Shown here: positions 39,286-53,105 of the stretch, in pieces
How the letters are laid out: each line of letters opens with the position of its first letter
How positions within the stretch are numbered: the stretch's first letter is position 1
Assembly: GCA_951406725.2 (NCBI GenBank)
Contig: OX597822.1
Coordinates: forward strand, 76,508,001-76,572,000
DNA from: Octopus vulgaris
Taxonomy: Eukaryota
Length of the DNA stretch: 64,000 nt
Direction of reading: 5' to 3'
Notes under the pieces: model-generated
What the model saw: the letters and a program-made list of their open reading frames with translations, nothing else
What the model was told of the DNA's origin: nothing
Databases searched by the model: none
Made by a program: the position numbers and the translations under genes

Positions 39286-40245
39286 ACATATATATATATA
39301 CATATATTCATATACGACAGGCTTCTTCCAGTTTCTGTCTACCAAGGTGCCACACAGTGTGACTGAACCCAGGACCATGTGGTTCGTAAGCAAGCTACTT
39401 ACCACACAGTCACTCCTGCGCCTTTTTTTTTTTTAATCAACATTTACTCACTGCCTGTGTCTAGTGAGCATCTACACCCTGTATCTAAGCAATCAACATC
39501 TATACCCTGTATGTATAGAATCAGTATATACTCACTGTATGTTGCCTGTCAACATCTACACATTGTGTCTGAGCAGTCAGCTTCTACACACAGCATGCGT
39601 CCAGTCACCATCCATCGATTATTATGTGTCCACTCAACAGCGACAGACTCTGCTTGTACAAGTCAATAGCCACAGGCTGTCTAAACTTAATCAATATCTG
39701 CAGACTCCACTTGCCCAGTCACTCAACTGCAGTTCTGAATCAAATCAAATCAAATTGTGAAACAGTAGTTCTCTTCAGTTACTCATTAAGCAGAATCCTA
39801 AACCCCCAGTATTTACACTCAATCAAATAAAAAAGGTTAAAAGCTTCTTAGCAGTTTCTACAGAAAAGAAACAGAGATAAAGTGAAGAAAAGTTCGTAAT
39901 GATATTATGACAATGAGGAAACTGCCACAACAAATTGAGTTGCTAGATTCAGCAGTAAAGTCTTTAGATAACTTTAATGTGTCCACTTAGCTTCAATCGC
40001 TGAAGTTTCACTTTAATGTCCTCTACAACAACCGTCTTCTGTCATCTTTCATTGTAAAGCATGAAATGTTTGTGTTGTCTCTTCTGACAAAGTGAATTTA
40101 GATGTTTGTCGATGCAATCTTTCATATATATATATATGAAGCAATCTCTATCTCTATCTCTCACTATCTGTCTGTCTATCTCTTTCACTCCCTTATACAC
40201 ACATGTGCACACATGCAAGCATTTGAACACATACATACAAACATA

Positions 40246-40306
<61 letters not shown>

Positions 40307-40361
40307 TAGCTATAATATGTGTGTGAATTTATGTATATAAATATATATATGTAGGTACATA

Positions 40362-40394
<33 letters not shown>

Positions 40395-40417
40395 CATCGT
40401 TTAACGTCCGTTTTCGC

Positions 40418-40497
<80 letters not shown>

Positions 40498-40699
40498 GTA
40501 TGTATATATATGTACATAGCTAAATATGTGCGTGAATTTATGTATATAAATATATATATATATGTAGGTACATGTGTATGTATATATCTATATATATATA
40601 TATAAGCATATATATATACATACATACACACACACACATGTACACACACACACATATATATATATACATGCGCACACACATACATATATATATAATCTT

Positions 40700-41280
40700 A
40701 TCAACAAGCACGAGTGCAGTCATTCACCTCTAAGGATTGCTGCATGAAAACTTTACTTCTGGGTTTTTGTAATTCTGCTTGCCGCACAAATACATACATC
40801 CTGCTTCTGATGCTTCCCCCACCTCGGCATTGATTGAGTACTTTTGTGGCTTTCAATAAAAACATTAACATTTTCAAACACACCTCAGTTCATCAATAAC
40901 TATATATACATACATACTCGCATACATATATATATATATATATATATATACGCACATGCACATGCATGTAGGTGGATAGAAGATTTGTTTATATAGCGGT
41001 TCAATAGATTTTCTCAGGAGATAGCGTTTTCTTATGTTTAAAACATTGAGTATAAGATAGATTGGTTTGGATGGTTTGTTCAGAGGTTTGAATTCCTTAA
41101 AAGCTTTCATTAATTCCTTTCGAAATGTAACTGTTTCATGCCCATTCAAATTTTGGGAAATTGCCAGGGCCTATCCCAATGTGACTGACTATGTTATGCA
41201 ATGCTTTCCCTGTTATAAAGTGCAACTAGTTTTGCATAATGTTTTGGGTTCTGTCAAAGTAGCTTTTGAACAACCAAACA
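40700..41280 (-). mobile_element. Decayed Penelope-like RT fragment
   Basis: [27 protein letters not shown] / [11 protein letters not shown] resemble PLE RT sequence after the YRDD motif; split by a microsatellite. Confidence 0.6.
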
Positions 41281-41285
41281 TACGT

Positions 41286-41342
<57 letters not shown>

Positions 41343-41428
41343 GTACATACATACATACATGCATACATACATACATGTATGTATATATACATACATATAT
41401 GTATATATTTATACATTTATACATATAC

Positions 41429-41463
<35 letters not shown>

Positions 41464-41483
41464 CACACATACATACATATATG

Positions 41484-41518
<35 letters not shown>

Positions 41519-41551
41519 TTATACATTTATACACACACACACATACACACT

Positions 41552-41592
<41 letters not shown>

Positions 41593-42750
41593 TTACACAT
41601 GCACAGACACACACACGCACAAATATATGCTCATGCACTCCTTATTTGATGGCATAAAAAATACGCAGGCATATTAAATGCATCACAATTTCAGCAGCAC
41701 ATATTCAGAAAAATAAAATTATTATCACATTAAAACATGTAATATAGTCCCAACTTTGCATATAAGACCTGGGAGGGATTTTCAGGCAGTTTTTATGAAA
41801 AAATAAGTGCATTTTATGTGATATCTATGGTTTACTAAAAATTATTATCCAATTAAATCTCGCATTTGAAAGAACTGATATTAATATGAAGTGGAAGATC
41901 CTTTTAAGAAGAGTAAAAAAGATGTTATTTATGTAAAGCAGAGAAAAATCTTCATTCTTAAAACCTCCTTAATTCTATCTAAATGGAAGATCTGAAATTT
42001 TCACAAATTGCTGCCGCCTTGATAAATATGTACTAAAAAATTGGAATCTATTACCATCACCTGGCTAAATAGCTTCGACTTACTTTTCCCATTTGCCTTT
42101 CACTTTTTCATATAACTAAGTATTTGTTCTTCCTTTGACATTGATATCCTCGAATTCTCCATCAACAATGTTTAATTATTAGCCGTATTAATGCATTGCA
42201 TAGACATGCTCATATGTGTGTGTGATTCTGAACGCATATCATTTATTACAGAACTCTTTTTTTCCACATCTGTTCTATTCACCATCTTGATTTATTCTTT
42301 AGCTTTTATTCTTTGATATTTCAATTCTCTCATTTTCACTCATATTCACCCTACTCTTTCTTTTTAATTCCTGTCTCTCTTTCCTTGTTTCTTTTCATTT
42401 TCTTTTTCTTTCTTTAACTTCAAAATTGGTTTTAAATTTTGGCACATGGTCACCAAGTTCAGGAAAGTTCTAAGTTTATCATATTGACCCCAGTGCTCTG
42501 CAGGTACTTATTCTACCCACCCCTGAAAGGATGAAAGATAAAGTCAACCTCAGTAGAATTTGAACTCAGAACATTAAAGATTGCTGCTTATCATGTCATT
42601 TCAATCTGTTTCAGTTTTTAAATTCCCCAATAATTAAAAGCAACCAATTCTGATGCAAGTGTCACAAGTTGTGCATTGGATATTTATTGCAACATGCAAG
42701 AGAAACTGGATACCCTAAGAAAATTTAATTCTCAATTGTTTTTCGGAAAC

Positions 42751-42818
42751 ATAAACTGTCTGATGATTGATTAATTAATTTATTTATTAATGAATTATGA
42801 AACTCAGTTACAATTTAT
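42751..42818 (+). ncRNA. Compact type I hammerhead ribozyme motif
   Basis: ATAAACTGT-CTGATGA(42760)-TTGATTAATTAAT-loop-ATTAATGAATTAT-GAAAC-TCA-GTT-ACAATTTAT; stem I pairs 8 of 9 bp. Confidence 0.7.
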
Positions 42819-42896
42819 TTTCCTCTTTCAGAGTTGGTAGATAAAGTACCATTGCAGAGTGGTGAATGGGTGCAACTATTAGGGTTAGATGGGAGA

Positions 42897-43220
42897 GTGG
42901 TGAGCTGGCAGAAATGTTAGCACACTGAATGAAGTGCTTAGCAGTATTTCGCACGTCACTAGATTCTGAGTTCAAATTCTACCAAGGTCGACTTTGCCTT
43001 TCATCCTTTCGGAGTCAATAAATTAAGTACCAGTTGCATTCTGGGATCAATCGAATCGACTGGCCTCTTCCCCAAAAATTTCAGGCCTGGTACCTATAGT
43101 AGAAAGGATTAAGGCAAAATGCCTAGAGGTATTTTGTCCGACGCTATGTTCTGAGTTCAAATTCCGCCAAGGTCAACTTAGTATTTCATCCTTTCGGGGT
43201 TGATAAATTAAGTACCAGTC
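42897..43220 (+). mobile_element. SINE family B, one full copy plus a partial tandem copy
   Basis: Two successive cores. Confidence 0.8.
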
Positions 43221-44129
43221 GAATTCCCAGAACAAACTCTCATTTGAAGTTCTTCAGTATGTGTGCCGATTAGAGTGTGACCATGCTGGGGCACCATTTT
43301 GGAAAAGTTTAATCAAATGAATCTACCATGTTCCTTATACTTTTTTGAAGCCTGGTACTCATTCTATTAGTCTCTTTTGCTGAACCACTAGGTTACTGGG
43401 ATGTAAACACACCAATACCTGTTTTCAAGTAGTGATGGGGGAACAAACACAAAGACACACACAAAAACACATACATGCATGCATACATACTTACATATAT
43501 ATATGTATGTATGTTTGTATATATGTAACATCATAAACATCATTTAATGTCCATTGTCCATGGGTTGGCTGGCTTGACTAGGGCTGGTGAGCTGAAAGGC
43601 TGCACCAGACTCCAGTCTGATTTGGCATGGTTTTCTATGGCTATATATCCTTCCTAATGCCAACCACTCTGAGGGTGTAATGGGTGCTTTTAAGTGCCAC
43701 CAGCATGGGTGCCATTTGTGTTACACCAGTATCTGCTACAACTGCGAATTTTCTTCGCTTGATGGGCCTTTTTTCAAGCACAACACAATGCCAAAGGTCT
43801 CGGACATTGCCTCTGTGAGGCCCAACACTCAAAAGAAACTCAGCCACTTTGTATGTAAGTATGTATGTGTGTGCAAAAGGCTTCTTTCAGTTTCTATCTA
43901 CCAAATTCACTCACAAGGCTTTGGTCAGCCCAAATCATCTATAATAAAGAACACTTGCCTGAAATTCTGCACAGTGGGACTGAACCTAGAACCATGTTAT
44001 TGGGAAGCAAACTTTTTACCACATAGCCAAACCAATGTCTATTTTTATTTATTTGTTTTTTATCCTTTTGCAAGGAAATATACCAGTTAGTAGAAATGTA
44101 AGAGGACTGATCTTTAAAAGAATAAAGAA

Positions 44130-44510
44130 TATCCTTTTCTACACTAGGAACAAGGCCTGAAATATTTGGGGAGGGGGCCAGTCAATTAGATCGACCTCAG
44201 TACACAACTGGTACTTAGAAAGTCGACCTTGGTGGAATTTGAACTCAGAATGTAAAGACAGACAAAATACCACTAAACATTTCATCCACCATGCTATTTT
44301 TTTCTACTCTAGGCACAAGGCCCAAAATTTTGGGGGAGTGGGTCCAGTTGATAAGATCAACCAGTATGCAACTGGTACTGAATTTATCAACTTTGAAAGG
44401 ATGAAAGGCAAAGTCGACTTCGGCGGAATTTGAACTCAGAGTGTAAAGACAAATGAAATACCGCTAAGCATTTTGCCCAGTGTGCTAACATTTCTGCCTG
44501 CTCGCTATCT
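44130..44510 (-). mobile_element. Two tandem SINE family B copies
   Basis: Two cores in the same orientation. Confidence 0.8.
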
Positions 44511-45111
44511 TATAAAGAATATTATTTTCTCCATAATCACTAGTTTAACAAACTATATTTTGTCTGACTAATGTCTATGGATTAAATGTGTATTATCTCG
44601 TTTACCTTGGAGTTCTTTGTTCTCAATGGCCAGACATAATTACTTTGAGTTGGTCACGCACTGAAATATTCTTTGCTTCTGTTCTTCTGCTGATTTTGAT
44701 CTTTTGAATGTATTTATCTGTCAGTCTCCTACTTATTTTATTGATATCTGTTTGTCAAGTTACTCAGTTACAAGACATAGAAGAGATATTTGATTTTAGA
44801 TGATGTAAATGTAAGCATTGGAAGACATACACACAAAGGCATACGCATACACACATCCATACACACACACATATGCATGCATCCACACACGCATGCATGT
44901 ACACACACACATACATACACACAAACACATGCACACACATTCTCTCTCACACACATGCATGCATCCACACACAGATGCACACATACACACATATTCACAT
45001 ATATGCACAAACACGTGCATGCACATACAGTCACACACACTCGCACATGCACACACACATGCATGCATACGTACATGTGCATACACACATCAATACACAT
45101 GCAAAACTAAT

Positions 45112-45345
45112 TCTTATTTCTTTACTGCCCACAAGGGGCTACACACAGAGGGGACAAACAAGGACAGAAAAACGGATTAATTCGATTACATCGACCCCAG
45201 TGTGTAACTGGCACTTATTTAATCAACCCCGAAAGGATGAAAGGCAAAGTCGACCACGGTGGAATTTGAACTCAGAACATAGTGGCAGACGAAATACCGC
45301 TAAGCATTTCACCCGGAGTGCTAACGTTTCTGCCAACATGGCACC
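45112..45345 (-). mobile_element. Full-length SINE family B with apparent target-site duplication
   Basis: GCAAAACTAATTCTT occurs on both sides (about 45101-45115 and 45350-45364). Confidence 0.85.
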
Positions 45346-45653
45346 TTTTGCAAAACTAATTCTTTTCAATAGAATGCTCAAATATAGCCAAACACACACA
45401 CACACATAATCATTATTGTCATCGTCATCATCAATATCATCAACAATGTCATTGTCATCATCATCATTATCCTCTTCGTCATCACTTGATAAACAATTTG
45501 GGTATGTTTACCTCCCTGTAACTTAGAGGTTTGGCAAAAGAGCCTGATAGAATAAATACTTATTCTGGGATTGATTCATTCAACTATAATCGGTGCTCCA
45601 GCATGGCTGCAGTCAAATGACTGAAACATGTAAAAGAATAAAAAAAAAGAAAG

Positions 45654-45691
<38 letters not shown>

Positions 45692-46485
45692 CATATGCAC
45701 ATTAAAGGCTTAGTTTCTGCTTACAAGATCCACTCGCAAGGTTTTGATTGTCCTGGGGCTAGAGTAGCAGAAGACACTTGTCCAAAGTGCCATGCTGTGG
45801 AATTGAACTGGAAATCATGTAGTTCCGAAGTCAACTTCTTACCAGACCACACAAATCCATACAAATACACATCTATACACAAACCCACAGAAACACTCAA
45901 TTCCACACACAATCACAAATCTACACACACACACACAGAGCTCTAATATAAACACAAAGATATAAATAAATTTATTGAGAAAAGGCATAATTATAAGATT
46001 CAATTAAATTTCTCAAAGCTATCCTCTATATTTTATTATTTCATCCTTAAAATTGTTCTTCTAGCAATACTTGTTGTTACAACACATATTTCATTTATTA
46101 ATCGGAATATTTTTTTGGCCATTTTCATCATATTTCTATCTTCGGTTTCATTTCTTTATAATTTTCTTTTATATTTTTTTATATTTCTGCTGCTTAATTA
46201 GTTTTTTCAAAAATTTTATTTGACATTCATGGTGTTGGTCATGGGAGAATAGGATGGATTTTTAATGCTGTAATCTTCTTCTTCTACTTCTTCTTGTCAT
46301 CTATGCTTTAATTTTTATTGTTTATTGCGGTTTAATGTTTGGTTGGTCATATATAAAACATATAAATGTACATATATGTATATGTGTGTGTGTATATATA
46401 TGTGAGTGTGTGTGTATGTGTGTATATCTGTGTATGTATATACGAATATGTGTCTGCAAATGTATTTGCATATATATACACACGC

Positions 46486-46536
<51 letters not shown>

Positions 46537-46565
46537 CACATATATATATACACACATATATGTAT

Positions 46566-46612
<47 letters not shown>

Positions 46613-47211
46613 AACATATTTATATATGTATATATATGTAAAAACATATATATATATATATATATACACAAACATATATATACATATATATATACAAACA
46701 TATATATACATATATATACAAACATGTATATATATAGATATATATATATATACAAACATATATATATATATATACATATATACACACACGTATATATACA
46801 CACATATATTTTTATATATACACACACACACACACATACACACATATATTGATGAAATGTTTTATATCATTTCTCAGTTGTTAATCTTATTTCCTCTCCA
46901 TCACCATTATTATCATTGTTGTGATTCATACTTATCTTATTCATGCCTTTGTTATTATTGCGTTTGCTAGTAATTTATGTCAAAGATACTTTTTTCCGCT
47001 CCTTCTTAATTTTATGGATATCTATTATGCACATATATATATATTTGTTTATTTATTTATTTATCATTATTTTTATTAATGTGCTGTATAGCTAAACTAC
47101 GGTTTTGTCTTAATTGTATATCTTATTGCTGTTTATATTATATTTTTCATATTATTGTTCCAACTGTTATTCCTATTAATATCATTAACATTATTATTAC
47201 TATCATTATTA

Positions 47212-47272
<61 letters not shown>

Positions 47273-47436
47273 CATTATTATTATTAGCTCTTAACACTTT
47301 CTCTTGTTCTTTATGTCTTTCATTAGTCTTCTTGCAAGCTATCTTCCCTTCACTTGGGATTAAACCCAAGAATTTGTTTATACCATTCCTTCAATTTTTT
47401 TCTTAAAATTCTCCATTAACCATAGATTAACTAAGT

Positions 47437-47550
47437 TATATATATATATATATATGTATGTATATATATATATATGTATGTATATATGTATGTATGTATA
47501 TATATATATATATGTATGTATATATGTATGTATGTATATATGTATGTATG

Positions 47551-47583
<33 letters not shown>

Positions 47584-47636
47584 ATATGTATGTATGTATA
47601 TATATATGTATGTATGTATATATATATATATGTATG

Positions 47637-47667
<31 letters not shown>

Positions 47668-48022
47668 ATATATAGACATATATATGTATGTATATATATA
47701 TGTATGTATATATATAGACATATATATGTATGTATATATATATATATCTATGTATATATATAGACATATATATGTATGTATATATATATATATCTATGTA
47801 TATATATAGACATATATATAATATATATATATATATGTATGTATATATATATATATGTATGTATATATATATATGTATGTTATATATATATATATATATA
47901 TATAGACATATATATATATATATGTATGTATATATATAGACATATATACATATATATGTATGTATATATATAGACATATATACATATATATGTATGTATA
48001 TATATAGACGTATATATATATG
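47437..48022. repeat. Long compound (TA)n/(TATG)n microsatellite with a TAGACATA higher-order unit
   Basis: Direct inspection; similar tracts at 46370-46845 and 58080-59460. Confidence 0.95.
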
Positions 48023-48650
48023 TGATTTTTTTTTGCTTCCTGTGTTATATTAACTAATTTCTTTCTAGCATTCTGCTTTCGTTTAATTTTTATACATTTA
48101 TATGAATTATTTCATCAATGCTCTAAATTATTATATATATATTTAAATAAATCAGTTTCGCTCTTTTGCACACATTCACACGCATACATCTATGCGTGCA
48201 CACACACACACACACATACACACACACACACATACACACACACAAAAACACATACGCACATATACATATGTACACGCAAGCAGTAGTTCTTGGCCTTATC
48301 TGAGCTTATTCATACCTACAAATATATTGTTTTCCAAAGACCCACACAATCTTCAGTAGATCCAGGAATGTTGATACGCATAAAATGGTGACATCCAATC
48401 AATCAGGGATATAGTTTGAACTGAGCTCTGTCAAAATGTATGGGTGGCAGTTAAGAAGCTTGCTTTGATACCACAGTGTTTTGGGTTCAGTCCCTCTACA
48501 CAGCACCTTGCATAATTGTTTTCTACTCTATTGTGGAGGCACATGGCTTAGTGGTTAAGATGTTGGACTTATGATTGTGGTTTCAATTCCTGGACTGGGT
48601 GATGCATTATATTTAAAACTTTTCTGTCAACTTTGTATATTTGAAATATT

Positions 48651-48882
48651 TTAACCCATTAAGTCCCGCTGTCCTATAAATAGGACACTAAATGAGAACA
48701 TTAAATAAGCTATATCACATTGTCTCAGTGTCCTATTTATAGGACCTCGAGTATTTCCATTTCTACTTGAAGTAGAGAAGTTTTAATAATTATTTTTTTC
48801 ATTATAACCTATTTTCAATACATCTGTAAAAATTTAAAAGTAACTTTCAGAAATTCAAGGACTCTGGGTCGTAATGGGTTAA
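48651..48882. mobile_element. TTAA-type MITE with internal palindromes
   Basis: TTAA-CCCATTA...TAATGGG-TTAA; contains GTCCTATAAATAGGAC and GTCCTATTTATAGGAC. Confidence 0.75.
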
Positions 48883-50046
48883 TTAAGAAAGGTTTATGTA
48901 ATGAATACATTTCCTTTACTATTTCATTTACTATACAAACCTGAAACATATGTGAGTATATAGGAGCAGATGTGGCTGTGTGATAAGAACCTTGCTTCCC
49001 AACTTCCCAACCACACAGTTCCAGGTTCATTCCCACTGCATGGCATCTTATGAGTGAACTTGACAAACAGAAACCGAAAGAAGCCTGTCATATACATATA
49101 TGTATAAATGAAAAATGTATAGTAAATAAAAAGTGACAAGGGATAACTGATATATATTTGTATGTATGTATATGTATGTATGTCTATGTATGTATATGTA
49201 TGTATATGTATGTCTGTATATATATATGTATATATATGTATATATGTATATATATATATATTTATATGAATATATTATATATGTGTATGTTTCTTTGTGT
49301 CAGTGTTTCTCCTCCACCACTGCTTGATAACTGGTGTTAGTTTGTTTATGTCCCGGTAACTTAGTGGTTTGACCAAAGCAATCGATATAATAAGTGCCGG
49401 GTTTAAAAACTTAAAGTATTGGGGGCTGGTCCATTCAACTAAAAATTCTTTAAAGTGGTGCCACAGCATGGCCACAGTCTAATGACTCAAACAAATAAAA
49501 GTTAAAAACGATGTGTGTGTGTTGCTTGACAACCATTGTTGGTGTGTTTATGTCCCTGTTTCTTAGTCGTTCAGCAAAAGAAACTGATAAAATAAATACT
49601 ACACTTTAAGACAATATGATGTACTGATGTCAATTAATGCAATTAAATTTCTTCAAGCAGTGCCCCAGCATGACCACAGTCTCATGACAGAAACAAAGAT
49701 AAGATATAAATGTACTCGTTTATTTCCTGGGAAAATGATCTTTTTTAAAAAACTGTACTAATTTAAGTAATTATTGCAAATTAATTATTTTTTGAGCTGT
49801 AAATCTTCCAAGTATCTCTTGTAATGCTTGAAGGGTATTATTCTTGGATCTTCTAAGAATATAGAAATTAACATAAAAACTATGATGTTGATGTTGAAAA
49901 GGTGTGGCGCTATGTGAAATTTAGCTACCTTGGGGCAAGATTGTGACCAGCGTGTTGGAACATACATACATACATACATACATATAATTATATACTTACA
50001 CTCACACACAGATATATGTGTCTGTGCGTATGTGTACACACACACA

Positions 50047-50500
50047 TACAGGGTGCAGTGAATAAACTGTTGGCTATATTATGTAAAAATGAAAATGACA
50101 TCTTTTACCAAAATTACATAAAAATATCTTGAAATACTAAAGAGTAAATTTATTCAATAAAATCGCCATTGGCATCAATACGACCTCCAGCATTCATGAT
50201 GGAAGCCCCTATGTCTGGCAACAGGACACTGCACCAAGACACACAAGCAGGAGAACCCAGTCATGGCTGTCAGACAATTTCTGTGACCACATCACCCCTA
50301 AAATCTGGTCACCTAATTGCCCAGCCTGCAATCCCCTTGATTATTATATGTGGGGCGCAGTTGAGCAAGAGACCAACAAAACTCCTTGTAACACCAAAGA
50401 TGAACTGAAGGCAAGGATTATGGCAGCATTCACCAGCTTCGACAAGGAGACCATCCAGAAGAGCTTCAGGAGATTCCGAAGTCATCTGGAGGTCGTATTG
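50047..50500. mobile_element. Rearranged Tc1/mariner transposon 3' portion
   Basis: Plus 50200-50500 reads WQQDTAPRHTSRRTQSWLSDNF...WSPNCPACNPLDYYMWGAVE...DELKARIMAAF. Minus 50047-50190 holds the ORF end and a TIR ending CACCCTG-TA. Confidence 0.85.
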
Positions 50501-50892
50501 ATCAACCCAAGTTCTTATGTTCCAAAGTCTGGTTCATACTGTATTCGTCTGTTTTGTGAATCCATTAAGTTATGGGGATGTAAACAAACCAACACTGGGT
50601 GTCCCATGATGGTAGTGGAGAACTTACATGGGCACAAGCACACACACACACATACACACAGCAAGCTTCCATACAGTTTCCAGTTACCAAATTTTCTCAC
50701 AAGGCTTTAGTCAGCCCAAAGCTGTAGCAGAAGGCATTTGCCCACTGTGTTACCAAGTGGGACTGAACCCACAACCACTTGGTTGTAAACTGAGCTCCTT
50801 AACCACACAACTTGGCAATGTAGTTTTGGAACTTACAATGGTGGGGCTGATGCCAGTGGCAATAAGGTAAGGGTTTTGCAATTACAGAAATA

Positions 50893-51515
50893 ATCCTTTC
50901 TCCTGTAGGCACAAGGCCTGAAAATGTTGGGGGTGGAGTTAAGACAATTCCATCAACCCCAGTATTCAACTGGTACTTCCTTTATTAACCCCAAAAGAAT
51001 AAAAAGCAAAGTTAACCCCAGCAGACAAAATACCTGGTGGTGTTTTTGTTCACCATTTTAACAATTTTGCTACCACACTGGCTTTATTCTGGAAATGATC
51101 CTTTCTCTTATAGGCACAAGGCCTGAAAATTTTTTTGTGGGTGTGTGGTTAAGTCAATTACATTAACCTCAGTACACCACTGGTACTTAATTTATTGTTT
51201 ATTGACTATGAAAGGGGTGCACCCTGGCAGCATTTGAACTCAGAACATAAAGCAGAGGAAATGCCACAAAGTATTTTGTCCAGCGTGTAAATGCTTCTAC
51301 CAGCTAGCTGCCTGAATTCCAGAGTAAACCTTTCTACTAAAGGCACAAGTCCTGAAATTTGGGGGGAGGGGGCTAATCAATTATATCAACCCCAGCACAT
51401 AACTGGTACTTATTTCATTGACCCTGAAAGAATAAAAGGCAAAGGTGACCCCAGCAGCATTTGAACTCAGAACGTAAAGACGGACGAAATACCAGCATGT
51501 CAATAATTCTGCCAA
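50893..51515 (-). mobile_element. Three tandem old SINE family B copies
   Basis: CCTTTC...AGGCACAAG.CCTGAAA...ACTGGTACTT repeated three times at ~210-bp spacing. Confidence 0.8.
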
Positions 51516-52193
51516 ATCAGTGGTTGAATTCATGAAATAATGATTATGACAAAAGTTAAATAATTGTGTCTGTTTTAACTCATGCCACTCCTGACTAATT
51601 AAGCAGGCTTAATTAAGAGTCTTGACAATTTTCTCATACTTTCAAACATAATGCATATAGGACTACATTATTGCAGTCGTTGTTGTTCTGTTCTGTTTGA
51701 GCCAACCTAAATCTTCTGGCCATGACATTCCTGTTTAATTGTTAGACATAGTGTTATTGTTGTTTGTTGGACTGCAGAGCAGTTCTAATCTAACAGACCA
51801 ATTATCAAAGAAGTTCCAGCCATGACCACATTCTCATTTTCTTTAAATTTCTAATTCTTCTACATCTTACTTTCAACATTTCTTACAGTTTTTCGTTTTC
51901 TCTTTCTCAATTTCCATCTTTTTTTTCCTCTCCACACACATATGTGTGTGTGTGTGTGTAAGACTGATGTACATGGCACCATTGGTTAGAAATATAAAGA
52001 TACAAACAAACACATATCTATATAATAGTATTTACTATTTATTGTTCATGTACTTAATTGATTTTTAGAATATTTTTTATAGCATATTTAATTTTTTGTA
52101 TATGGTGTGAATAACATCTTTCACTATTGAATTGCTTAATAGAGGTTTTTCTCTAAATTATACATACATACATATATACTATATATATATATA

Positions 52194-52410
52194 TATGAGG
52201 GCATGCTGAAAAGTTCCTGACTTTGGCTAAAAGTACAGGAGGATCAGTTGATTATGATTTTATTCAACATATTCCCTCCCTCAGAGTCACACACTTATGG
52301 CAGTGGTCCTTCAGTTTTTGTAAACCTTGTAAAAGAACTCAGAAGGCTGAACCTCCAGCCAGGCCTTTCATGATACTCTTAAAACCAGGAACTTTCCAGC
52401 ACTTGCTCTA
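52194..52410. mobile_element. Mariner-type MITE, same family as 244-463
   Basis: TIR and internal similarity, inverted. Confidence 0.8.
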
Positions 52411-53069
52411 TGATTTAATCCATTCATTTTGCTTTTTAAATCCATTCTGCCTCTTTAAAACCACACTGTCTCTGCCCACACACATACCTGCACATGGTTT
52501 CTATGAAAGATGCAATGTGTCAAAGAATTGCATTGTCCAGTGGTTCCTGTTTTTTACTAGAAGATGGAATGTAATATGAAAGTCACATAACTGCTGCTTC
52601 TAGCATATTCAGCGGCTATGTAGAGGTCAGCCTTCATCCAGTCGACCAGACCAATTATAGCAGGCACTCTGCTCTAGTCATGTTACAGTCGTTTCCTTTG
52701 AGATATAATATATCAAGGAATACCTTGTCCAATGTGTCACTTCTTTTATAAGACCATGAAGTCTGATACAAAAGTGATTTTGCAGTTATCTCTTGCAGGT
52801 TGAAGGGTCAAATAAAAGGTTTGATTTTTAGACACTTAATGGAAAGAACAGTGGTGGTGGTGGTGGTGGTGGTGTGAGAGGCAGCAGTAGCAGTGGTGGT
52901 GATGGTTGTGGTGATGGTGGTGATATTGTTGGGGAAGCATGCTTCTCTACTACATTCACTGATGTGGGGAAAATTTTGTTTTATATTTTCTGTTTAAGTT
53001 TGGAGGAGTGGGGGAGATCAATCACTGGTTTCGGAATGGTTAGGAGGGAGAGGTGGGAAAGATGGGAAG

Positions 53070-53105
<36 letters not shown>

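Noticed and set aside
42832-42861. Possible 30-nt exon after TTTTCCTCTTTCAG
   Set aside because: The donor (GTGAAT) is weak and the acceptor directly abuts the PLE-like hammerhead repeat.
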